The notes under the pieces are model-generated. The model saw nothing but the letters and a program-made list of their open reading frames with translations. It had not been told where the DNA came from and did not search any database. 64,000 nt of DNA, from NCBI GenBank assembly GCA_017525225.1, contig JAFXTB010000068.1:14526-78525 (forward strand), written 5' to 3'. Positions 42,930-52,467 of this stretch are shown here, piece by piece. A program made the position numbers and the translations under genes. Positions within the stretch are counted from its first letter, which is position 1. The number at the start of each line of letters is the position of its first letter. The stretch is from Kiritimatiellia bacterium (GTDB taxonomy: Bacteria > Verrucomicrobiota > Kiritimatiellia > RFP12 > UBA1067).

Positions 42930-42943
42930 GTGCCGGCGGACCT

Positions 42944-44215
42944 CTACGGGAAGAAGGGATAGAGGATCGGCAGGAGCAGCATGGAAAGGACGAATGCGAC
43001 CGCGCTCAGGGCGAGGCCTGGACGCAGGAAATCCTTGAAGCGGAGGTTGCCCGGCACCAGGATCATGGAGTTCGCCGGGATCGCCAGGGGCGTGCACACC
43101 GCGACGGACGACGCCATCAGCACCGCGATCACGACGGCGCGCGGATCGGCGCCGAGCGTCTGCGCGATGCTCCAGCCGATCGGACAGAATAGCGCACACG
43201 TGGCGGTGTTGCTCATCACCTGCGTAAGTCCCCACACTGTGAGCCAGAGGGTGGCCATAAGAAGGATGGGGCCATATCCATCGGCCAGCGACACGACCGC
43301 GCGCGCTATGCTGTCCGCCGCGCCGGTGTCGCGCATGGCCTGCCCCAGAGGCGTCATGAACGACAGCAGGAACACCGCCTGCATGTCGAACGCCGCGAAT
43401 GCCTCCTTCTGCGTTATGACCCGGAAGAGCACTACCGCCATCGCCCCAACGCATGCGGTGATGTGCATGGGCGGGAGCACCTTCACGTAGTCGGCGGCGA
43501 CCATGCATGCGACCGAGCCGAGCAGGACGGCAAGCGTGAACCATCCGCGCGCATCGATGCGGGAGGACGTGCGGGCCGCGTACTTCCCCACCTCCTGGCT
43601 ATCGCGCGCAGGCAGCAGCCTTGGACCGAGGATCGCCATGAAAAGCGCAGTCGCCAGCAGAAGCGGAACGCCGATCTTCGCGTATTCGAAGAACGTCACC
43701 GACATCGTCCCCGACGAGAACTTCTCGATCGTCTCCTTCGCGATCAGGTTGCCCGGCGAGCCTATCACCGATATGTTCCCGCCGACAGTCGCGCCGGCCG
43801 TCAGCGGGATCAGCAGACGGCTCGGCCTTATACCGTGCGTCGCCGCCACGCCCATCACGATCGGGATCAGCACCGCCACCGTGCCTGTGTTCGACACGAA
43901 GCTCGACACCGTCCCCGAGAAGAGCGTCACCATGAAGATGAGCGACCGTTCGCCCGGACAGAACCTGAAGAGCCTGTCGCCTATCCTCTCGGCCATACCC
44001 GTCTTGAAGAGCGCGGCCCCTATCACGCTCATGGCGACCACCAGGATTATGCTCTGCCCGACAAGCGGCGCGAATATGGCCTTCGCCTCGATGATGCCGG
44101 CGAAGTAGAGGGCCACCGGCACCGAGAACACCAGAAGCCCCATCGGCAGCACGTCAACGACGAACAACGCCACCGACAGCGCGAAGATCAGCAGAGTAAC
44201 GCCTGCATCCGACAT
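42944..44215 (-). CDS. DASS/SLC13-type anion (di/tricarboxylate-like) permease
   Basis: Two hairpin-tip SNT motifs, 'FVSNTGTVAVL' and 'VMSNTATCALF'; about 11-12 TM helices. Confidence 0.7.
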   Translation of the reverse strand: MSDAGVTLLIFALSVALFVVDVLPMGLLVFSVPVALYFAGIIEAKAIFAPLVGQSIILVVAMSVIGAALFKTGMAERIGDRLFRFCPGERSLIFMVTLFSGTVSSFVSNTGTVAVLIPIVMGVAATHGIRPSRLLIPLTAGATVGGNISVIGSPGNLIAKETIEKFSSGTMSVTFFEYAKIGVPLLLATALFMAILGPRLLPARDSQEVGKYAARTSSRIDARGWFTLAVLLGSVACMVAADYVKVLPPMHITACVGAMAVVLFRVITQKEAFAAFDMQAVFLLSFMTPLGQAMRDTGAADSIARAVVSLADGYGPILLMATLWLTVWGLTQVMSNTATCALFCPIGWSIAQTLGADPRAVVIAVLMASSVAVCTPLAIPANSMILVPGNLRFKDFLRPGLALSAVAFVLSMLLLPILYPFFP

Positions 44216-44225
44216 GGGCCACCCG

Positions 44226-46757
44226 CTACCAGTCGCGCTCGTTCGGCGAGGGAGGCACCTTCCTCATACGCGCCTTCTTCTCGTTTTCATGCTGATCGTT
44301 GCGGTCCTTCGCCTTCTGCAGCAGGGCCTCGACCTCGTCCTCGCTCGGCGGGGGCTGGTCCTTCTTCTCCTCGGACTGTTTCTGTTCCTCCTGCTTCTGA
44401 TCCTGCTGCTGGTCCTGCTTGTCCTGCTGCTTGCCGTCCTTGTCCTGGTCCTTGTTCTTGTCCTTGTCCTGCTGCTTGTCGTCCTGGTTCTGGTTCTGCT
44501 GCTGGTCCTGGTTCTGCTGCTGGTTGTTCTGTCCGCCGCCGTTCTTGTCCTTCGGCAGCAGCTCCCTGATGCGTTCCAGCTTCCTGAGGGCGTCGAGCAT
44601 CGTCGGCGGATCCTCCGCCTTGAGAAGGGAGAGCTGCATCTTCTCCACCTCGCCTGCGAGGGCGTTTATCTCGGCCTGCGCCTCCTTCGTGAACGGGGGC
44701 TTGTTGGTATCGGCCTGCGCCTGCTGCTCGTACTGCTGCGCCCACGCCGGGAAACGCGCGCGAAACGCCTTGGTGAAGTCCAGGGCCTCCGGCTGCCATG
44801 CCCTGCCGTTGATCTTCTCGGCGTCGATGAACGCGTTGGTCTGGGCCAGGATGCCCTCGGCGATGGCGGCCGGCGGCATGACGGTAAGCTTCCAGAACCT
44901 GTTCAGCGACTCCTCGGCCTGGGCCAGCTGCGTCTGCGCGGCGGGATCGAGATCCGCAAGCGAATCCGCGGCCTTCTTCGTCGCCTCCCGCGCAGCCTCG
45001 ATCTCGTTCACCGCGTATGCGAGCTGCTGCTGGTTCGTGGCGTTCTGCGCCATCGCCTGCACCACGCCCTCCTTGATCGGTATCCACACATCCGCCAGCT
45101 TCGCCGCCTGGCGCGACATCGCCTCGGAGAGCGCCAGCGCACGCGGGGCATCGTTGGTCAGCACTCCCGCCGACTCCTTCATGAGCCCGCGCGCCGTCTG
45201 CACCGCGGAGCCAAGCTGCTGGTCCGGACCCTGCCCTTGCGCCGCCGCCAGTACGGCCTTAACGTGCGCCGCCTCGCGCAGCTCCGCCACGCGATCCGAC
45301 GCCCGGGTGAAGTTCCGCTGCGCCCTCTGGTCCTCGGGCGCGGCCCGTAGCGCGATCTGCATGGCGGAGGCCGCTTCCTCCGCGGCCGCCGCGGCCGTTG
45401 CCGGGTCCTCCGCGGCGGCGGCGAGCATCTGCCCGTGCCTGATCGCCCCCACCACCTCGCTGGCGCGTGCGCCATGCGTCCTGGAAAGCATCAGCGGACG
45501 AAGCGTTGAAAGGGCGTTAGTGCCATCGCCCGAGCGCCAGTAGTCCACCCCCTTGTTCCACACCTCGCCATCGGTGAGCTGCGATTCTCCGTACGATGGG
45601 ATGGTTGCATCCCGCGCTATGACCGCCATGGCATTTGTCGCCGCATCCTCCGCGCTGCCGCCATCCTCGGCAGGGGCGGCGGCTGGAGCCTGTGCATGCA
45701 CGGCGAACACGGCAAGCATGGCGGCAAGAAGCGCCGCGGCCTCGCGCCTGCGACGGCCGGCGAAGCGTCCGCGCGAAAGCATCCCAGCCAGCAGCATCAG
45801 CAGCAGTCCCGGCACGAGAAACACGCCGAACCGCTCCGTCGCCCGAAGCTCCTCCTCCTCGGCCTGTTCCTTGGCCGCCACCTGGCGGAGAAACCTGCGG
45901 TAGATGGCCCCAAGCGTCGTCTCGGCGGTGCCGGCCGTCGCGAGCGGCACATACCTGCCGCCGGACGCCTTGGCTATAGCCGCGAGGGTCTGGTCCTCGA
46001 GCTTCGCGGTCACCGCCTGGCCCTTGTACTGCTGCACGCCCTTGCCGTCCTCGCCCGGGACCACGCCCGCGCGCCTGGGGTCGCCGATGCCCACGGTGAA
46101 TACCGGCACGCCACGCTTCCTGGCGAGACCGGCCGCGTCGAGCGCGCCGCCGCGCAGGTCGCCGCCATCGGAGATGAGTATGATGGCGTTGTGGCCATCG
46201 GCGGCAGGATCGAGCGCATCGAGGGACGTGCGGATCGCGGCCGCGAGATCCGTCTCGCCGCGCGCCGCTGAATCGGGCGAGGCGCCCTCCAGGGCGGAAC
46301 GCAGGAAGGCATGGTCGGTCGTGAGCGGGCACAGCAGCACGCCAGTGCGGCGAAAGGCGACGAGCGCGCAACGGTCCCCTTCCAGCGAATCGACCAGGTC
46401 GGCGATGTCGGCCTTGGCACGTTCAAGGCGGTTCGGACGTACATCCGCCACCAGCATCGAGCGCGATACGTCCAGCGCCACCACCACGTTGCGGCTGCGC
46501 GCCTCGAACTTCTGCGAGGAATGCCCCCATTGCGGACGCGCCGCCGCAAGCGCCACCAGCGCGAGTCCGGCGACCATGAGCGGCATCTGCAGGCGGTGCA
46601 GCGGACCGGAGGACGCGGGAAACAGGCGGGCGATGAGCGAAGGGGCCACCATCCTGGCCAGCCTACGTTCCGCCCGGGCGCGCAGAAATATCCAGAACGC
46701 TCCCGCCACGGGCACGAGGGCGACCAGCATCAGCATCCACGGATATACGAACTTCAT
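44226..46757 (-). CDS. BatA/BatB-like von Willebrand factor A membrane protein fused to a long helical region and a Gln/Asp/Lys-rich tail
   Basis: N-terminal 'MKFVYPWMLMLVALVPV' (BatA-type); MIDAS 'VVALDVSRSM' and 'ILISDGGD'. A TM follows the VWA domain. C-terminal 'QNNQQQNQDQQQNQNQDDKQQDKDKNKDQDKDGKQQDKQDQQQDQKQEEQKQ'. Confidence 0.75.
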   Translation of the reverse strand: MKFVYPWMLMLVALVPVAGAFWIFLRARAERRLARMVAPSLIARLFPASSGPLHRLQMPLMVAGLALVALAAARPQWGHSSQKFEARSRNVVVALDVSRSMLVADVRPNRLERAKADIADLVDSLEGDRCALVAFRRTGVLLCPLTTDHAFLRSALEGASPDSAARGETDLAAAIRTSLDALDPAADGHNAIILISDGGDLRGGALDAAGLARKRGVPVFTVGIGDPRRAGVVPGEDGKGVQQYKGQAVTAKLEDQTLAAIAKASGGRYVPLATAGTAETTLGAIYRRFLRQVAAKEQAEEEELRATERFGVFLVPGLLLMLLAGMLSRGRFAGRRRREAAALLAAMLAVFAVHAQAPAAAPAEDGGSAEDAATNAMAVIARDATIPSYGESQLTDGEVWNKGVDYWRSGDGTNALSTLRPLMLSRTHGARASEVVGAIRHGQMLAAAAEDPATAAAAAEEAASAMQIALRAAPEDQRAQRNFTRASDRVAELREAAHVKAVLAAAQGQGPDQQLGSAVQTARGLMKESAGVLTNDAPRALALSEAMSRQAAKLADVWIPIKEGVVQAMAQNATNQQQLAYAVNEIEAAREATKKAADSLADLDPAAQTQLAQAEESLNRFWKLTVMPPAAIAEGILAQTNAFIDAEKINGRAWQPEALDFTKAFRARFPAWAQQYEQQAQADTNKPPFTKEAQAEINALAGEVEKMQLSLLKAEDPPTMLDALRKLERIRELLPKDKNGGGQNNQQQNQDQQQNQNQDDKQQDKDKNKDQDKDGKQQDKQDQQQDQKQEEQKQSEEKKDQPPPSEDEVEALLQKAKDRNDQHENEKKARMRKVPPSPNERDW

Positions 46758-46782
46758 GGCATCGCCTGAGAATCCAGAACCG

Positions 46783-48132
46783 TCACTCCCGCTCCGACAG
46801 CGGCGTATAGGAGAACTTCCTGTAGATCGGCTTGTACGCGGGACGGATTATGGGGCCGGCGTTATCCAGCTCCTCCAGCCGGTGCGCGCACCAGCCTGTG
46901 ACGCGTGCGACCGCGAACAGAGGAGTGTACAGCTCCTTGGGGATGTTGAGCATGTCGTACACGAATCCCGAATAGAGGTCCACGTTTGCACACACGTCCT
47001 TCGCGCCGGGATGCACGCTGCGGATGACCTCCGGCCCGAGGCGCTCGATGAGCGAGTAGAGCTCGAACTCGTCCGTACGTCCGTCAGCCTCGGCAAGCTC
47101 CCGCGCCTTGGCCTTGAGCAGCACCGCGCGTGGATCGGAGAGCGTGTAGATGGCATGCCCGAGGCCGTAGACAAGCCCCGAGCCGTCTCCTGCCTCGCGA
47201 CGCACGATCTTCTCGATGTAGCCCGCCACGGCATCCTCGCTCGTCCAGTCCGGCACGTTGCGCTTGATCTCGTCCATCTGCCGCATGACGCGCAGGTTCG
47301 CGCCGCCGTGGCGAGATCCCTTGAGCGACAGCGTCGCGGCGGCGATGGCGGAGTAGGCGTCGGTGAACGACGAGGTTATGACGTGCGTCGTGAACGACGA
47401 GTTGTTTCCGCCGCCATGCTCGGCGTGCAGGATGAGCGCGAGGTCCAGGGTCTCGGCCTCGAGCTGGGTGTACGAACCATCCTCGCGTATGAGCAGCAGC
47501 AGGTTCTCCGCCGTCGACTTCTCAGGGTCGGGATAGCGTATCAGCAGGGGAAGACCGCGATGGTAGTGCGCCTGCGCCTGGTAGGCGTACGCCGCAATCG
47601 TGGGATAGCCGGCAATCAGCTCCACCGACTGCCTGAGGTTCGTCTCGATGTCGAGCAGGTCGGGCGTAGTGTCGTAGGTGTAGGCCGTGAGCACGGCGCG
47701 GGCTATGGAGTTCATCAGGTCCTTGCCCGGCCGGCGGATGATGGCGTTCTCCTTGAAGCCCTCCGGCAGACGCCGGTGCTCGGCGAGGATGGCGCACCAC
47801 TCATCGAGCTGCGCCCTCGTGGGCAGCACCCCGAAAAGCAACAGGTACGCCGTCTCCTCGTAGCCGAAGCGGCGCTCCGCCACGCATCCCGCCACGAGGT
47901 CGTTGACGTCTATGCCGCGGTAGAAGAGCTGGCCCTCCACCGCACGCTTCTCGCCTTCGTCCACCACGTAGCCATGCACGTTGCCGATGGTGGTGAGCCC
48001 CACCAGCACGCCCGTGCCGTCGGCGTTGCGAAGCCCCCTCTTGACGCTGTAGCGTTCGTACAGCGCCGGATCGATGGCGTCGGCCCGGAGCACATCGTCC
48101 GCACGCGCCTTGAGCCATGCTGGATCGATCAT
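46783..48132 (-). CDS. citrate synthase
   Basis: 'ILHAEHGGGNNSSFT', 'LKGSRHGGANLRV' and 'VYGLGHAIY'. The start is trimmed to MIDPAWLK, overlapping the upstream stop in ATGA (48129-48132). Confidence 0.85.
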   Translation of the reverse strand: MIDPAWLKARADDVLRADAIDPALYERYSVKRGLRNADGTGVLVGLTTIGNVHGYVVDEGEKRAVEGQLFYRGIDVNDLVAGCVAERRFGYEETAYLLLFGVLPTRAQLDEWCAILAEHRRLPEGFKENAIIRRPGKDLMNSIARAVLTAYTYDTTPDLLDIETNLRQSVELIAGYPTIAAYAYQAQAHYHRGLPLLIRYPDPEKSTAENLLLLIREDGSYTQLEAETLDLALILHAEHGGGNNSSFTTHVITSSFTDAYSAIAAATLSLKGSRHGGANLRVMRQMDEIKRNVPDWTSEDAVAGYIEKIVRREAGDGSGLVYGLGHAIYTLSDPRAVLLKAKARELAEADGRTDEFELYSLIERLGPEVIRSVHPGAKDVCANVDLYSGFVYDMLNIPKELYTPLFAVARVTGWCAHRLEELDNAGPIIRPAYKPIYRKFSYTPLSERE

Positions 48133-49469
48133 GTCTTCGCTTCCCAGGGCTTGCCCGGCAACGGGAACTGTTCGTCGCCAAGCGCCGGCATCGCCACGTC
48201 GCCGTCCTTCTCGAAGTCCTCGGGCGTGGGCGTGCAGGCGAGGTTGTAGTACGGGCTCTTGTCGTTGGAGATGAGCTGGTTGAGCGCCACCATCTGGCCC
48301 GTGTACGCGGAAATGCGCACCATGATGCCACACGCCGTGGACAGCGCGCAATCCTCGCCTTCGTTGAGGTAGGGCCCCAGGCCGAGTATGGACTTCAACA
48401 GGTCGACATGCTCGACGACATAGGGGTTGCCCTCGCGGAAGTCGCCCTCCAGGTCCAGCTTGTGCCCAAATTCGCACTTCACCGACCTGCCGCCGACGAT
48501 GACCGCCTTGTCGGTACGGAAAAGCTCGCTCACGTTGTTCGCGCAGTCGGCGATCTGGCGGCACATCGAATGGATATGCACCCCGTCGCCGTAGTCGAAA
48601 TCGCCCGAGAAGAAGTCGTATTGGTTCCCGGATACGCGGCGCATGCGCGCACCCACGGCCACCACCGTCTTCGGGAAGCGGCCGAGGAACCAGTTCGCCA
48701 CGTCGATGTTGTGCACATGCTGCTCGCAGATGTGGTCGCCGGAAAGCTCGGTGAAGTTCAGCCAGTTGTTACAGAGATAGTCCTTGTTGGACATCTCCGC
48801 CGCGCGCGGACGCACCCACGGCACACGGCTGTTCCAATAGACCTCGCCGCCGAGGATCTTGCCGAGCTTCCCTTCGTCGAGCGCCTTCTTCTGCAGCAGA
48901 TACTCGCGCTGGTGGCGGCGCTGCGTGCCGCAGACTATGGATATCTTCTTGTCCCGCGCGAGCCTGGACGCCTCTATCATCAGCCGCACGCCCGGCGCAT
49001 CCACCGCCACGCCCTTCTCGGCGAACACGTGCTTGCCGGCCTGCACGGCGGCCATCGTGTGGCGCGGACGGAAGTTGAGCGGCGTCGTGAGGATCACCAG
49101 GTCCACGTCAGAACGCGCCATGATCTGCTTGTAGCCGTTGGCACCGCCGTATGCGTTGGCCTTGTCGACCCCGAACTTCTCGGCGGCGAACTGGGCCTTG
49201 TCGAGGAAATAGTCGGCGAAAGCCACGGGCCTCACCTGCACGGCCACGCCCTCCTTCCTCAGGATGTCGGCCGCCTGGAGGATGTTCCCCAGCGCGCCGA
49301 ACTTGTAGAAGTCGTTGTTGTTGGCGGGCTTCCACTTGCCGCCTGTGCCGCGGCCGCCGCAGCCCACCACCGCCACACGGATCTCGCGCGTGCCATCTGC
49401 CGCCACCGCCGACAGGCTTGCCGCAGTCGCCGCCAGCGCCGATTCCTTAAGAAAATCTCTTCTGTTCAT
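48129..49469 (-). CDS. TAT-signal Gfo/Idh/MocA oxidoreductase
   Basis: 'MNRRDFLKESALAATAASL' twin-arginine signal, Rossmann 'RVAVVGCGGRG' and 'KHVFAEKG'. Confidence 0.8.
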   Translation of the reverse strand: MNRRDFLKESALAATAASLSAVAADGTREIRVAVVGCGGRGTGGKWKPANNNDFYKFGALGNILQAADILRKEGVAVQVRPVAFADYFLDKAQFAAEKFGVDKANAYGGANGYKQIMARSDVDLVILTTPLNFRPRHTMAAVQAGKHVFAEKGVAVDAPGVRLMIEASRLARDKKISIVCGTQRRHQREYLLQKKALDEGKLGKILGGEVYWNSRVPWVRPRAAEMSNKDYLCNNWLNFTELSGDHICEQHVHNIDVANWFLGRFPKTVVAVGARMRRVSGNQYDFFSGDFDYGDGVHIHSMCRQIADCANNVSELFRTDKAVIVGGRSVKCEFGHKLDLEGDFREGNPYVVEHVDLLKSILGLGPYLNEGEDCALSTACGIMVRISAYTGQMVALNQLISNDKSPYYNLACTPTPEDFEKDGDVAMPALGDEQFPLPGKPWEAKT

Positions 49470-49566
49470 GCTATTTCTCCCTCTCTTTTCATTCTTTTCC
49501 AATTTCTCCGGCAAGCGACAGACGCGGCAGCAACCGCGATCGCTACGCCGATAGACAGCGTTGGAT

Positions 49567-49577
49567 ATTATATCAGA
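49567..49577 (-). promoter_or_regulatory. extended -10 TCTGATATAAT upstream of the oxidoreductase / citrate synthase string
   Basis: Reverse complement of attatatcaga, about 97 nt upstream of the ATG at 49469. Confidence 0.4.
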
Positions 49578-49627
49578 CCTGCATTGGTCTTGCAACTTGA
49601 ATCACCGCGTCCGGGAAGACCGGGATG

Positions 49628-49648
49628 CCACGGGGATGCTCCCCGTGG
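49628..49648 (-). terminator. 9-bp stem / 3-nt loop hairpin after the isomerase-like gene
   Basis: CCACGGGGA-tgc-TCCCCGTGG, 100 nt after the stop at 49749 and upstream of the next promoter. No clear U-tract. Confidence 0.3.
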
Positions 49649-49748
49649 CGTTCGTGCCGCCGTCTGCCGAAGGCCGGAGAAGCCTCTGGCCTGATTTGCA
49701 GACACGTCCCTGCCCGCTTGAACGCGAACCTGCCGGACCTGCACCCGT

Positions 49749-50690
49749 CTACGCCTCTTCCCACTGCTCGCGCAGGAACGCGCACATGCGCGTGAGGATC
49801 TGGTGGCGCTCGGCGGCATCGGGGAATATCGGCTTGCCTTTGGCGTCCTTGCCCTTCGGTACCCAGCCTGCCTCCAGCGAGACCGCCCCACGGTAGCCGA
49901 TCTCCTTGAGGCCCTGGAAGCCGAGACGGTAGTCGTCGGCGGCGCCGTCTGATCCAGGGATCTTGCGGTTTCTGCGCGAGGCGATGTGCACGTGCGCGAG
50001 AAGCGGTCCTGCCGCCAGCATCGCAGCGCGGTCGTTGGCCTCCTCCCAGGTCATGTGCCAGAAGTCGGCCATCACCTTGCAACCGGGGCCGATCTCCTGC
50101 GCCATCTTCGCGCCATCGGAGACCTGGCGCAAGAACGGCGTCTCCTTGCGCTGCAGAGGTTCCAGAATTATCGCCGTGCCGCACTTCGCCGCCTTTTCGG
50201 CGAGGCGCTTGCCGGTGTTCGTCACGAAATCCTCGCGCAACTCCTTCAGGCCCACCTCCGGCTTGGAACGGGCCGGGCAGATGATGAGGCCAACGGACTT
50301 GATTGCGCCCAGGACCTCAAGCACCGGCATGAACTTCGCCACCTCGGCGTCATTGTCCCTGGCGTCGGCATAGTCGAAGCGGCTCGGGCCACACGCTGTC
50401 GCGCAGAAGAGCTTGCGGCCCTTCATGGCCTTGGCGAACGCCTCGCCCTTCTCCAGGACCCATTCGCCCTTCTTCCCGGTAGGGATTTCCACCGCGCCGT
50501 AGCCGTTCTGCTCCATGTAGTCGAGCTTGGCGTTGAAATCGTCGGCCGTAGGGATCGATCCCCACTGCAGGCAGAGGTTGAGCCTTGCCTGGCAAGCGGG
50601 CGCCGGGCAGCATGGTGAAGCCCCCTTCGCCGCGCCGGCCAGCGACGCCGCGAACCCGCCAAGTATGAAACCGCTTCTGCTGATGTCCAT
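49749..50690 (-). CDS. secreted sugar-phosphate isomerase/epimerase-like (xylose-isomerase-type TIM barrel)
   Basis: N-terminal 'GFILGGFAASLAGAAKGA'. 'GAVEI', 'IILEPL' and 'HVHIA' are typical TIM-barrel AP-endonuclease-2 family strands. Commonly paired with TAT Gfo/Idh/MocA enzymes in PVC genomes. Confidence 0.55.
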   Translation of the reverse strand: MDISRSGFILGGFAASLAGAAKGASPCCPAPACQARLNLCLQWGSIPTADDFNAKLDYMEQNGYGAVEIPTGKKGEWVLEKGEAFAKAMKGRKLFCATACGPSRFDYADARDNDAEVAKFMPVLEVLGAIKSVGLIICPARSKPEVGLKELREDFVTNTGKRLAEKAAKCGTAIILEPLQRKETPFLRQVSDGAKMAQEIGPGCKVMADFWHMTWEEANDRAAMLAAGPLLAHVHIASRRNRKIPGSDGAADDYRLGFQGLKEIGYRGAVSLEAGWVPKGKDAKGKPIFPDAAERHQILTRMCAFLREQWEEA

Positions 50691-50722
50691 TTTCTGTCTC
50701 CTTGCGCTTGATTCTGAGACGG

Positions 50723-51487
50723 TCAACCGATCATGCCGCCGTTGACGGATATTATCTGTCCTGTGATGTACGCCGCCTCGTCGGAGACGAGGAACGCCAC
50801 GCACCTGGCGATGTCGAGCGCGGTGCCGAAGCGCTTGAGCGGGATGGTGTCCATGTACGCCTTCTTCACGTCGTCGGGCAGCACATCCGTCATCTTGGAC
50901 TGGATGAACCCCGGCGCCACGGCGTTACACCTGACGTTCCTGCTGCCCAGTTCCTTGGCGGTCGTCTTCGTGAGCGCTATCACGCCGCCCTTCGACGCCG
51001 TGTAGTTCGCCTGGCCGGCGTTGCCCATTATGCCCACGACCGAGGCGAGGTTGACGATCGAGCCGCCGAGCTGCGTGCCGTCGGCCGCCTTGTTCTTCAT
51101 CATCGGGCGTGCTACCGCGCGCGTGAAGAGGAACGTGCCCTTCAGGTTCACGTTCAGCACGGCATCCCAATCCTCGTCCGACATCCGCATCAGCAACCCG
51201 TCCTTCGTGATGCCGGCGTTGTTGACCATGATGTCGATCCTGCCGAACCTGGCGATCACATCCTTCACGCACTGGTCGACCTCCGCGCTCACCGCCACGT
51301 TGACGCCCAGCGCCAGGGCCTCGGAGCCGGCCGCCTCTACGAGCCCCACCGTCTCCGCGCACCACTCGGCCTTCAGGTCGACGACCGCGATCTTCGCGCC
51401 GCGTTCCGCAAGCACCTTCGCTATCTGCTGGCCGATGCCACGCGCCGCGCCGGTGACAATCGCGATCTTACCTTCCAGATTTCTCAT
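50723..51487 (-). CDS. fabG: 3-oxoacyl-[ACP] reductase
   Basis: 'VTGAARGIGQ', 'NNAGIT', 'YTASKGG' and 'ITGQIISVNGGM'; 254 aa from MRNLEGK. Confidence 0.9.
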   Translation of the reverse strand: MRNLEGKIAIVTGAARGIGQQIAKVLAERGAKIAVVDLKAEWCAETVGLVEAAGSEALALGVNVAVSAEVDQCVKDVIARFGRIDIMVNNAGITKDGLLMRMSDEDWDAVLNVNLKGTFLFTRAVARPMMKNKAADGTQLGGSIVNLASVVGIMGNAGQANYTASKGGVIALTKTTAKELGSRNVRCNAVAPGFIQSKMTDVLPDDVKKAYMDTIPLKRFGTALDIARCVAFLVSDEAAYITGQIISVNGGMIG

Positions 51488-51507
51488 ACCTGTTCCTCCT
51501 TTGCCGT

Positions 51508-52431
51508 TCATCCAAGCTGCGCCACAGTGGCCTCGAGCGAGACCATGTCCGCCACGTTGAGCGTGGCGAGCGACGCGTCGATCTTCTTCACGAGACCCGA
51601 AAGCACCTTGCCCGGGCCGAACTCCACAAAGCGGCCGCATCCGATGGCCTGCGCCGCGGCCACGTCCGCCGCCCAGTTGGTCGCGCCGGTCACCTGCTCC
51701 AGCATGCACGCCTTTATCGCGGCAGGGTCGGCAGGGTGGGGCTTGCCCGTGACGTTGGACAGCACCGGCATCCTGGGCGCGCTGAACGTCACCGTGTCGA
51801 GGACCGGCGCGAGCTTCTCGCGTGCGGGCGCCATGTACTTCGAATGGAACGCGCCCGCCGTGGCGAGCGGGATGGCGCGCTTTATGCCCAGCTCCCTGGC
51901 GACGGTCGCCGCCGCCGCCACTTCGTCCTTGGAGCCCGAAAGCACCTGCTGCGCCGCGGAATTGACGTTGGCGACGGTGCAGCCGGTCTTCGCGCATAGC
52001 TCCTCGAGCTGGGCTGGGGACGCACCGACGATCGCGATCATGCCGGATGGAGTGGCCTCGCACGCCTCCTGCATGAACCTGCCGCGTGCCTCGAGGACCT
52101 TGAGCGTGGAGTCAAAGTCCAGCACCCCCGCCACGCACAGCGCGCCCCATTCGCCGAGCGAAAGGCCTGCCGCCGCCGCGAACTCGGTGGGGCGGCGCTT
52201 CTGCAGAAGCGTGTAGGCCGCGTAACTCACCACGAATATCGCGGGCTGGCAGATGTTCGACTTCGTCAGCTCCTCCGCCGGGCCTTCAAAGCACGTCTTC
52301 TTGAGGTCGAAGCCAAGTACGGCGTTCGCCTTGTCGAAAAAGCCCATCACCTCGGCATCGGCCTCGGCGAAGTCGCGGCCCATTCCAGGGATTTGCGCGC
52401 CCTGGCCCGCGAATATGCAGCAGTCGTTCAT
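51508..52431 (-). CDS. fabD: malonyl-CoA:ACP transacylase
   Basis: 'FAGQGAQIPGMG', 'AAGLSLGEWGALCVAG' and 'AFHSKYM'. Confidence 0.9.
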   Translation of the reverse strand: MNDCCIFAGQGAQIPGMGRDFAEADAEVMGFFDKANAVLGFDLKKTCFEGPAEELTKSNICQPAIFVVSYAAYTLLQKRRPTEFAAAAGLSLGEWGALCVAGVLDFDSTLKVLEARGRFMQEACEATPSGMIAIVGASPAQLEELCAKTGCTVANVNSAAQQVLSGSKDEVAAAATVARELGIKRAIPLATAGAFHSKYMAPAREKLAPVLDTVTFSAPRMPVLSNVTGKPHPADPAAIKACMLEQVTGATNWAADVAAAQAIGCGRFVEFGPGKVLSGLVKKIDASLATLNVADMVSLEATVAQLG

Positions 52432-52467
52432 TGTCGTGTCCTTTCAACCTTTCAACTTCTCAACCTT

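Noticed and set aside
42583-42943. Attempt to assign the ORF-free region upstream of the feo operon to a known RNA family (TPP, cobalamin, Mn/NiCo riboswitches, RNase P, SRP, tmRNA).
   Set aside because: I could not find any of the conserved core sequences I remember for these families. It is left as an unassigned structured region.
44330-44560. Low-complexity CTGCTG / GTCCTT-rich DNA that looks like a non-coding microsatellite.
   Set aside because: It lies in frame within the Bat-like gene and encodes its Gln/Asp/Lys-rich tail.
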